Shown: piece by piece, positions 9,384-20,151 of the stretch
Numbering within the stretch: position 1 is the first letter of the stretch
How the letters are laid out: the number at the start of each line of letters is the position of its first letter
Assembly: GCA_043228905.1 (NCBI GenBank)
Contig: JBHGNT010000001.1
Coordinates: 7,564,001 to 7,628,000 of the forward strand
Reading direction: 5' to 3'
DNA length: 64,000 nucleotides
Source of the DNA: Azolla caroliniana
Taxonomy: Eukaryota; Plantae; Polypodiophyta
Program-made: the position numbers and the translations under genes
Notes under the pieces: generated by a model
Database searches by the model: none
What the model was told of the DNA's origin: nothing
Seen by the model: the letters and a program-made list of their open reading frames with translations, nothing else

Positions 9384-12300
9384 CGCCCCCTCAAGCTGAG
9401 GTCGGGTCAGTTCCTTTTGATTGATGTCCGCTTCGGCTTGTACTCGGTTCAGATGGTATCCGGTTCTCGCTTGTACTCCCCCTCAATCTTGGAAAGTTAG
9501 GGATCGTCAATCCGAGGTCTAACATGAATTGCCGAAGCTTGTCGGCTCCTAGGGCCTTAGTAAAGACGTCGGTTGTCTAAAGATTCGTGTTGATGTGTAG
9601 AAGATCGACATCTCCGGCCTGAACACGCTCTCGAATGAAGTGATAGTGCACTTCAATATGCTTTGTGCGTGCATGGAACACCGGGTTCTGAGCCAGATAT
9701 ATACTACTCATGTTGTCACAGTAAATGGGAGTCGGATCCTTGATGGGAACGCCTAGATCCTTCAAAATCCTCTTGAGCCATACGGCTTCACATGCAGCTA
9801 CGACTGCACTCTTGTATTCGGCCTCCGTACTCGAAAGTGTGATAGTAGGCTGCTTCTTACTACTCCAAGATATTGCTCCGCTACTGAGCGAGAAGATAAA
9901 TAAGGAGGTTGATCGTCGATCAACTTTGTAGCCTGCCCAATCCGCGTGTGTGTACCCTTTGAGTCGTATTGGTGTGGCCGATGCGTAGAGAACGCCGTAA
10001 TCCATTGTGCCGCTGACGTATCGTAATACTCGCTTAGCGCAATCGAAATGGATATCTCGCGGAGTTTGCCTGAATGGTCTAAGGAGTCCGAATGGATAGC
10101 TAAGGTCGGGTCGAGTGATCGTGAGATAGATGAGGCTCCCGATCAGGTGACAATATTGGGTCGGCCCGCACTCATTTGTGCCAGAGTCAGCATCTAGTTT
10201 GAGGTTTCGATCGAGAGGCGTAACGACCAATTTGCACTCAATCATCCCGAACTTGTATAACAAGTTGAGGATGTAGTGTCGTTGAGAGATCATGATGTTG
10301 GTCGGAATCTAAATTACTTCGATGCCAAGGAAGTAATGGAGCTCCTTCATGTCCATCATCTCGAATTTTCCGGAGAGGGGGGACTTGACCTTGTTGATGT
10401 CGACTAGACTTTCACCTCCAATGACCAGATCATCCATGTATATGATGATGACAATTAGGCTTCTAGAGTCATGTCGTATGTAGACTTCTAGAGTCGTGTC
10501 GAAAGCCGATTTGATGAAGATATTGCATAATCTTCGAATGCCAAGCACGCGGTGCTTGCTTGAGGCTGTAGAGTGGCTTCTTGAGTCAACACACGACTTT
10601 CGGATGAGTAAGCAATTCGAAGCCGGGTGGTTGTACCATGTACACCTCCTCTTCTAATTCGCCTTGAAGAAAGGCGTTCTTGACGTCCATTTGGTGGAGG
10701 TGCCACCCTTTTGCCGCTGCAAGTGTGATCACGGTCCGCACCATCGTCATTTTTGCCACGGGGGCAAAGGTTTCTTCATAGTCGACTCCATGTGGTTGTG
10801 CGTATCCTTTCTCTACGAGTCGAGCTTTGTAGCGGTTGACGAATCCTCCGGCATTATACTTCACCTTGTAGATCCATCTGCAACCAATTGCCTTCTTGTG
10901 CGGTGAGTGGGGAACGAGATCCCATGTCTTGTTCTTGTGTAGTGCATGCATCTCCTCGTTCATTGCTTCGATCCATCGCGGCTTCGGAAAAGGTTTCCGG
11001 CTCCCGTACTGTTGCCACCTTCATCATAAATGTGTAATGGTACGCCATGTACTCATCGTAGCTGGATCGGCTTACGAGGTTCTTTTCACGGGTGGATCGT
11101 CGGAGCTTCTTGTTTGCGGATTCTAAGGCTTTCTTCACTCCATTTGTCCGGATGTCAAGGCCTTCGAACTCACTATGGAGGGAGTGAGTCGATTCGATGT
11201 TGTCGAAATGATGATTTTCATACTCCGGCATTTTCGCCTTCCCTTTGTCCAGCTTTGGACTTGGCCGAGATGTGCTCGGATCGCTCGGGGGCTCTTGTGG
11301 CCCACTAAGCTTTGTCGTAATTGGGCTTTCTTCGAACATGCGTGTGAGCCGATCTTCGGCTTCTATCTCTATTTCGGTGGAATTGGGGTCGAGTGGAATC
11401 GAAGTCGAAGTTGTCTCTAGTGCATACCAAGATGTGAACTCATAAAAAACGACGTCTCGACTTACTCGAGATTTTCGAGTTGAGGGGTTATAGCACTTGT
11501 ACCCCTTTTGCTCCAATGAGTTTCCTATGAGGATACATTTCTCCGACTTCGGGTCGAGCTTTTGTCGCTTCTCATCGGGGATGTGCACGTACGCAATGGA
11601 GCCGAGTATCCGAATATGCGATAGGTCCGACTTCACTCCAAAAAACTTCTTGTGCGGAGTAAGTTCGTGCACACCCGATGTCGTACACCGATTCATGAGG
11701 TATACGGCCGTGTTAGCCGCTTTTGCCCAGTACGACTTCGGCACGTGCTATTCGTTCATCATGGCCCGTGCCACTTCGAGGATGTGCCGATTCTTTCGTT
11801 CGGCCACTTCGTTTTGTTGTGGCGTATGTGGACACGAAAACTCTTGTTGAATTCCTTCTTTCCGTAGATATGCCATAAACTCATCTGAGAAATATTCCTT
11901 GCCTCCATCCAATCGAAGGCACCATACGTGTCGACTCGTAGCTTTTTCGACTCCACTCTTGAATTTTTGGAAGTGTCCAAACACTTCGCTCTTTCGCCGC
12001 ATCGGGTAGATCCAAGTGTGCCTAGAGAAGTCGTCGATAAAGGTCACGTATTATCAGCATCCGCCGAATGTCCCCGTTTGAGCCGGTCCTCATACATCGG
12101 AATGAATTACGTTGAGTACGCCTTTGCTTACATTCCTCTCCTTCGGAAATGGATGCCAATGTTGCTTGCCGAATTGGCAAGCCGCACATACGCCTTCAAT
12201 CTCTCTCTCTTTGAAGGTCGGGAGTTCAATCATGACTCCTTTCGATTGCATCGCCTTGAGCTTTTGAAGGTTGATATGGCCAATCCGCTTGTGTCATAAC

Positions 12301-13333
12301 TCTATGTTGGACTCAGCTTTCGTGCCTTTTGCAAACATGGCCAATTTCATCTCGTTCGAGTCGAGAATGAACATTTGGCGCTCTCTTCGTCCGCGTGCGA
12401 TGAGTCAGCCCTTTTTTTCGATGAAGCAACCGCCTTGATTAAATCGAACTTGCATTCCTTGCTCTACAATTTGGCCGACGGAGACCAAATTCTTCGTGAT
12501 AGTTGGTAGATGCAAGACATTTTTAATGTAAGTTTGCTTACCTTTTTCTCCAAACAGAACATTGCCGAAGTGTCGTCTCCGGTTTCGACATAGCCGGGTC
12601 GTTCCAGCTCTCGAAGTTCTCGGAACCATTCTTGATGAGATGTCATATCGTTCGAGGCACCGGAGTCGACGAACCATACCTCTTCCGGACCCGAGGCACT
12701 AGTTGAAGTAGAAGCCGACATAGAATTTGCTCTATGTCTCATCAGGAACATTCCGCCACGATCGTCATAGTCAAAGTTGGTGGCGTAGTTGGTGAGTTGT
12801 CGGCTAGTGGAAGCCGACTCGCCTATCTTCTTATGACATTCTTCTTTGCGGTGACCGATTTTTCCGCAATATTCGCATTCGACCGAGTTTTGTCAGCTCG
12901 GACTAGAATGGTGGCTCCCCCTTCTTTTGAAGGTTCCTTGATGGCCTCCATCTTGTTTTCGTAATTGGGCCTCGTTTGCCTCGTCCTTGGCCAAATTGGC
13001 CTCTTCTTGCACGGCCCCGTCCTCTTCCTTTATCCGAATGAGTGTAGAGCATGTGGCCTTCCGAGGCATTGCTCTTTGTTCGAACATGATTTTCTTCGAC
13101 CAACAACATGGATTGAAGATCGAAGAAGGAGGGTGGATTCTCTCGTGCTAGTACGACGGTCCGCATTGCGCCGAACCGTGGTGCAAGGCCACCGAGGCAT
13201 ATTTGCACCATTTCGTCATCCTCCATATTGACGCTTATCGAGCTAAGCGAGTCGCAAAGCTCCTTGATATTCAAGGTGTGGCTTGTGATGGACATATCCC
13301 TTTTTTAGATGTTGTTCAACTCTTGGCAGAGTT

Positions 13334-14259
13334 GAAGCTTTCTCGCGGTTGTGTTGGCGGCGAAAATCTTTCGTAGATTCTCTCACGCTTTCTTTGGCAT
13401 CTCGGCTTCTCGAATGTACCCGAGCATGTGGTCGTGAACACATGTCGCCAAGCAATACATCACTTGGCTTGCTGCTTGCTCCCATGTTGCATAGTCGGCG
13501 TCTTTCGGGTCGGGTCGGTTTTCTTGTGCTCCTTTGATGTAGCCCCAATAGCCTTGGCCGACAAGGTATTGGTGCATCTTGTACTCCCAGATGCGAAGTT
13601 ATTTCAATTCAACTTCTCACTAGGGAGAGCGCTCCCCATTTGAGCATTCATTGTCGATTAAGGTTCCTTTCTTCTTTTCTTTCTCTCTCGAACACGAGCT
13701 ATGTAGTGGTACTATGATAGCGATGAGCCGGTTCTTCTTGAACGTCGGCGTAGAGCACAACGCACGATCACGAAGAGGCGAACGTCGACGTAGAGCACAA
13801 CGCACAATCACGAAGCTTTCTCGCGGTTGTGTTGGCGGCGAAAATCTTTCGTAGATTCTCTCACGCTTTCTTTGGCATCTCGGCTTCTCGAATGTACCCG
13901 AGCATGTGGTCGTGAACACATGTCGCCAAGAAATACATCACTTGGCTTGCTGCTTGCTCCCATGTTGCATAGTCGGCGTCTTTCGGGTCGGGTCGGTTTT
14001 CTTGTGCTCCTTTGATGTAACCCCAATAGCCTTGGCCGACAAGGTATTGGTGCATCTTGTACTCCTAGATGCGAAGTTATTTCAATTCAACTTCTCACTA
14101 GGGAGAGCGCTCCCCATTTGAGCATTCATTGTCGATTAAGGTTCCTTTCTTCTTTTCTTTCTCTCTCGAACACGAGCTATGTAGTGGTACTATGATAGCG
14201 ATGAGCCGGTTCTTCTTGAACGTTGGCGTAGAGCACAACGCACGATCACGAAGAGGCGA
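13334..14259. repeat. Tandem duplication (~448 bp x2, offset 478) of the 5' leader and gag start within element 2
   Basis: 13334-13781 versus 13812-14259 differ at about 4 positions. Duplicated ORFs appear in the track (13383..13577 and 13861..14055). Confidence 0.95.
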
Positions 14260-14296
14260 GTGGGCTAGATCGAGCTACCAAATCGCTCTGATACCA

Positions 14297-14750
14297 TGTA
14301 AAGAATCGGGTATGAGTCTTGTGTAGCGGAAGAGATGTGTGTTATGTGTATGTGTGAGAGGAATTAGAGGAGAGATGAGAGAACACAAGATAGATAGAAA
14401 AAGGAATACTCAAGAAGAAGATGTATATTTGACAAGTAGAATAAGAATTACAAAATGTAGCATAAGAAGGAGTCACAACCGACATAGTATGAAGTGTGAG
14501 GAGGGTGCTTTATATATAGTCACCCTCTCTCTTCATTAACTAACTACAACAACCACTCTCTCTCTTGGAGAATGTGAAGACTCATAGTCATGGGGAATAT
14601 GTAACTCATTAGTTATGTGTCATAGAATATGATTCTATGGCACATAGTTAATGTGTAGAGAGTAGTGGTGTGATTCTTGACCTTGGAGTAATCATAGATT
14701 CTCAAAAGGTGTGTTCACACGTTGGACTATGTTGAGCTTGATTCTCAACA
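14297..14750 (-). repeat. 5' LTR of copia element 2
   Basis: Adjacent to the PBS and matches 8927-9383. Confidence 0.95.
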
Positions 14751-17432
14751 ACCTTCGTGTCAACCATGTCCCACACTCGGTATCCAAACTCATCATCGCC
14801 GTATCCAAGGAATATGCATGGCCTGGACTTCGGATCAAACTTTGCTCCCTTGTCCTTTGCAACATGCACGTAAGCGAGACAACCAAACAACTTTAGATGA
14901 CAGTAAGACACGTCTTTACCGGTCCATACTTTCTACAGTGAGTCTCCTTCCAAGGGCACTGAAGGTGATCTGTTTATCACATAGGTCGTTGTCATCAACG
15001 CCTCAACCCAAAACGGCTTGGGTAACTTTGCATGTGCTAGCATGTTCCGGACTCTCTCCATTATGGTCTGGTTCATCCTTTCGGCCAATCCGTTTAGCTC
15101 TGGTGTCTTTGGCATGGTGAATTCGAGCCGGATTCCCTTCGACCAACAACACACCTCGAATTACCCCCGGTATTCTCCTCTGTTGTCCGCTTGAACCGCC
15201 TTCAACTTCCGACCGGTTTCCCTTTCCACTCTCGCGTGGAATTCCTTGAAGACGGATAATACCTGGTCCTTCGTCTTCAATGGCGAGACCCACAACTTCT
15301 GGCTATGATCGTCTATGAACGTCACGAAGTACTACGATCCGAAATGTGACTTCATGTCCACTTGGCATACATTGGTATGCACAAGTTCCAATGGGGCATT
15401 TTGTGTCATTGGTGGTCTTGGCCAGAAAGAGGTTCGGATTTGCTTGCCAGCCAAGCAATCAGTGCACTTGTCAAGATGTACGTCTTTCACCCCCAGAATG
15501 AGGTTATCTTCAGCAAGTCTTCTCATCCCTTTATGGCTCATGTGACACAACCTCTTGTGCCACAGCTCACCAGCATTGTCGGATGACACGTTCACTTCTT
15601 CTTCCCGGCATATCCGAGCATGCATCGGGTATAGTGTGTTGATATTCTGGGCTCGGGCCACGATCAGGCTCCCTTTGCAAAACTTCATGACTCCGTTCCG
15701 AATGTTAAGCATGTAGCCTTCATCATCCAGCCGATCGGTTGATGTCAGGTTCAACCAAACCTTTGGAACGTGTCAGACATCCTTCAATAGCAACTTGCAC
15801 CCGGTTGACGTAGTCAACCACACGTCTCCTATGCCGATAATTCGGCATGCACCTTCGTTTCGCATCCAAACAGAACTGTGATATCTGGCTCTATACAATG
15901 AGAAGCAATTCCAATTGGGGGTAAGATGGAACGAAGTTCCGGAGTCGACCACCCATGGTGTCTCGTCATTGACAAGATGCAACTCACTCTCCTTGGTGAT
16001 TAGCAACAGTTCTTCCTCACTTGTCGCGATCACAGACGTTCCTTTTCTTTCCGAAATGTTCTTCGGTTCCGAAAAGTCAACTCCCCCTTTGGATTTCCTA
16101 AAGTGTCGGCAATTTGTCTGGAAGTGCCCCGACTTTCCGCTATAAAAGCAAGTGGGCCTTCCCCTCGACTTCGACCTTGTCCCCGATTTGTCTCGGTTTT
16201 GGGGACTCCGATTTTGGCCTCTTCCCCGGTTATCATCATAGTCCGTGACCAAGGCTGTAAGATCGGTTCCAAACTCTCGGTCCTTCCGACGAGCTTCTTC
16301 ATCTAGCAAGCTCGATTTTACCCTTGCTAGGGACAACTGTTTTCCTTCCGGCCCGGTGTTGCCCAAAGTGACAACTAGCGTCTCCCAACTATCCAGGAGA
16401 GAACCGAGCAGGAACAACGCAAGTACCTCGTCGACTAGAGGTACTTCCAATGAGGTTGTTTTGTTTATGAGCCCCTGGAATGCATTCATGTGCTCCGGCA
16501 TGCTGGATCTATCTTGGTACCGGAGTCTCACTAACTTCCGGAATACCGAAACCCGATTTACGACGTTCTTGCTCTCTAGCATGGTGCCAATTTTCTCCCA
16601 AAGCACATGTGTCTTACTTTCTTCATTAAAGTTTTTGTACAGGCTCATGTCGATGAAGCACCGAATGTATGTTGTTGTCTTCATATGCATCACCTTCCAC
16701 GTCGTGGCATCGATCTTGTCCGGCCTCTTGTCTCCAAACTGCTTCGGCAACCAAAGATCTTTGACCACGAGCATGTCCCTCATCTTCGACTTCCACACAG
16801 GATAGTTGGAGCCGGTGAGCTTGAACATGCTTCCAAATGACTCTTCCATTTTCTTCAAGGTTTAGAACCTTGCTTTGATACCAATTTGTGCAGAATGGGG
16901 CTCGGACACAACCGAGTCTTAAACACTCAATGGAAGAAAGCAAGAAATGAAAATAAGACTAATGCACTTACACAGAATGAGACGACACCGGATGTTAACG
17001 TGGAAAACCCTAAATGGGGGAAAAACTACGGGAGCACATGGACTCCAACTATCACTATAAGAAGAGGATACCAACCGAGACTCGGAGGCAACGACCTCGA
17101 GCTCTATGTCTTCGCCAATCGGTGATTATAACAGAAAAGCTTTATGTATCTCTCTCTCTCTCTCTCTCTTTGTCTTTTTGTCTTTTACAATAGTCATAAC
17201 AACAACTCTTACAACTACTTCAAGTGGTTTCCCCAAGTCATATTTACACTCATATGACTTTAGGACTATTTACAAATATAGCCATGACAAGCCCTCTAGA
17301 AACATATTTACAGATATGTCCCTGGATCTGGTTCACACTAGATTCATCCAGATACGTATGATCCGGCCCCTTCCTTTGGTTCGTATAATCCGACTCCTCC
17401 AGATCCCATCTGGAGGGACTGAATTCCCAACA
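14751..17432 (-). mobile_element. Ty1/copia element (Tnt1/Tork-like), 5' half only (element 3)
   Basis: 5' LTR at 16887-17432 (TGTTGGGAATTC... on -), PBS TGGTATCAAAGC at 16872-16883. Gag/protease ORF, GAG-pre-integrase WHKRLCHMS, and integrase (PELNGLAERMN, KFDPKSRPCIFLGY) cut off at the element 2 LTR. Confidence 0.92.
15773..16858 (-). pseudogene. Copia gag-protease reading frame (361 aa, ends prematurely) of element 3
   Basis: KLTGSNY..WK gag N-terminus, LLGSLLDSWETLVVTL, degenerate zinc knuckle CFYSGKSGHFQTNC and protease WVVDSGTSFH. Confidence 0.85.
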
Positions 17433-17670
17433 ACAACATTAGAGCTACATTAGCAAGCAATGAAATTCACAAGGACATTGTACAAAAATATGTTGAAAGA
17501 GATTATTTCATTGGCAATACATTAGTACATATGTATGCTAAATGTGGGTCACTTGTTGAGGCACAAGTAGTATTTAATAGGCTTTCAGTCCAAGAATAGG
17601 TTTCTTGGAGTGCACTAATTGCAGGATATGCTGAGAATGGGAAATTTGAGCAAGTGCTCAATCATTGCTA
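17433..17670 (+). pseudogene. PLS-class PPR gene fragment
   Basis: Manual translation: EIHKDIVQKYVERDYFIGNTLVHMYAKCGSLVEAQVVFNRLSVQE*VSWSALIAGYAENGKFEQVLNH. It has an in-frame stop and its 5' end is cut by the element 3 LTR. Confidence 0.85.
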
Positions 17671-17816
17671 TCAAACAAAGAATCCATGGCTAGCCATTGG
17701 GTCACACAAGACAGGCTTGGGAAGAACTATCGCTTCCTTTCCATCTATTTTGTATTTTGTAATTGATATGCCTTTTTAAAACTAATGGAAGGATATGTCG
17801 TTTGGAGAAAAAAAAA
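17646..17816 (+). mobile_element. ~170-bp retroposon-like tail ending ACTAATGGAAGG...poly(A); second copy at ~37616-37790 (-)
   Basis: Aligns by eye along its whole length with the reverse complement of 37616-37790. The ACTAATG(G)AA plus A-tail end is shared with the LINE 3' ends at 22.9, 31.3 and 38.9 kb. Confidence 0.65.
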
Positions 17817-19420
17817 GTGTTCCTAATTATTTATCTTTATCTAATTTCTTATAAGTAAAATTTTTAGCTTGTTACCCTACTTGTATTTGCAATGCTTCAT
17901 ATAAATACGAGATGTTATTCAATATTGACATCTTCCATTGATTTATGTTTACATGATTTTTGCATAAATATGAATTAGCTAAATTTGTTGAACATGCATT
18001 ATTTAGAGGCAATTCACCTTGTGTGCCATTGTTAACATGACAACAAGTCATGGAATTGTTAATAGGAATCATCTACTATATATTTGCTAAATCTTCTTGT
18101 AGTTGTAGGATGTTGGATTCCTACTGATTGAAGCTTTTGCCTCTTCAATCCACACTATCACGATCTCATGTGTGCATTATGCCACTTCTTGCATTTGTCT
18201 AACAAAAACTTCCCTAGGTATCCTCCAAACTTCTTGTCAATTCCTATATCGAACTCATCAAGTTGCTCTTAAAGATGACCAAAGAATTTATTGTGGTTAA
18301 TTGTGTTTTCATCCAATATTCACATGAGTGCGAGGGAGATGTCAACTTCATAGTTTGTGCCTAGAGATCCATCTACTCTTACGAATGCATGTTGCTTCTT
18401 CATATCAATCAATCCATAGTTCCTCTTCTATTTTGTTAGGTAAAGGACCTTCAACTATATTTCAAGATCTTCCACTATCCATACTTAGAGTTACATACCG
18501 TCTATTCTTATTCTATCATAAATAATAGCCATCAAAGAGACTCAATGGAGCATGGACCAAGAATTTAGTAATCTTGCGTAAAAACTAAGCGAGACCCCAT
18601 AAATGTCAATAAACCCATGGTATCAGAAACAAATGGAGAAGTACTAGCTCTTATGTTTGTATAGGTGGACAACTTTGCACCAATGTTCTACATTAAAGTT
18701 GTTTGCAAATAAACCCACTATTGGGTGGGATGCATAGTAATTGTTGTGTTCCAACGAAGTCCAAAATTTTTAAGATCGAGTATCAACTATATATCCTACC
18801 TCTTTGACCCTCAAGCAAAACAAGCGATTAAGGTGAGTATGTAATCTCTATGTTTTATGACAATATATTCATTCACAAGATAAGAGTAACTCCTTTTGGA
18901 ATGAATAATAATGCTTTCTACTAAATGATGGTGGTGCATAGACAAGTAAAGAGAGTACTTCACGCAAAGACACAAAGAAGTGTTGAGCGCAAGAAGAACG
19001 TAGAATTTTAAGAGGAATACTTCCATTATGTAAATGTCACCACAATGCCTTAATGGTTGTTCTCCCATGTGTTGCACCTTCTTTCACAATAGAATATTGG
19101 ATTGTAGATATCCATGATTGTGTGTGCAACTGCAAACATAATGTATTGCAACAACAAAAATCTAAGAACCATCATATGTGTAGATAAGTTTAATTTTCTA
19201 GTTTCCCCCAAGTGATAAATAGTTGCTATATAGTTGTAGACAACCCATGGGATCCCCATTTTATCCCTTAGTCTCCACAACAAACATCGAAGTGGTTACA
19301 AAACAGAATGCAAAGTTTTTTTGGTCCATGGTAGCAATGATTTAAAAAAAAAGTGATACCAGACGTTTTGTGTTATAGTGGCAAGTATAAGACATACATG
19401 AAATGACCAAGATTGTGCCT

Positions 19421-19511
<91 letters not shown>

Positions 19512-20033
19512 AATAAATATTAGAGTTGGTCCAATTGTTCGCACTCACTCCAATAAAAGACAAGATGTTAGGACACATGTTATGAGATTTGCTGAACATG
19601 CACATTTTGCCCTGAATGAGTTCAAAAATCTAGTATCACATTTTGATACAATGTTGTGCCTTTGATAACATCAGACTATGTTTTACGTACATCTTCGAAT
19701 CCAACCCAATCTGTGCACAAATTTATCACATGTATGATGTGAAAACATTATATTTTTTGCCTCATAGGTCAAAAAATTTGACCGTCAAAGAAGATAATAA
19801 AATTCATCCATGTATAGTAAAATATGAAGTACAATTCAAAGTTGTGAATTGAATGACATTCACATTAACAATCACATACCTACTTTCCATTACTAATGTA
19901 TGAGCTACTTGTAACAAGAAAATGATATTGGAAAAGAATTTGTTCTTAAATATCGAGTAACAATCTATATTTATATGAAGAACAAGTAAACTTCTCTAAG
20001 ATATTTTAGTTGTTGATTTGTAGATAAAAACTT

Positions 20034-20151
20034 TGAACTAGTTTGAGGGTGGGAAAGGGTTAGAGCAAATCAATCGATTGTACAATATAGACGTGAACTA
20101 GTTTGGGGGTGGGAGAGGGTTAGAGCAAATCAATCAATTGTATAATATAGA
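20034..20151. repeat. 60-bp tandem duplication
   Basis: TGAACTAGTTTG.GGGTGGGA.AGGGTTAGAGCAAATCAATC.ATTGTA.AATATAGA twice, with a few mismatches. Confidence 0.85.

Larger units (their letters stand above)
8927..14750 (-). mobile_element. Ty1/copia LTR retrotransposon with both LTRs and a degenerate gag-pol (element 2, same lineage as element 1)
   Basis: LTRs at 8927-9383 and 14297-14750 (about 12 substitutions plus a 3-bp indel). PBS TGGTATCAGAGC on - at 14285-14296, PPT AGCTTGAGGGGGCG next to 9383. Gag, protease (WFVDSGAS), integrase, RT (QMDVKNAFLQG, YMDD) and RNase H ORF fragments. Flanks do not form a TSD. Confidence 0.97.
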
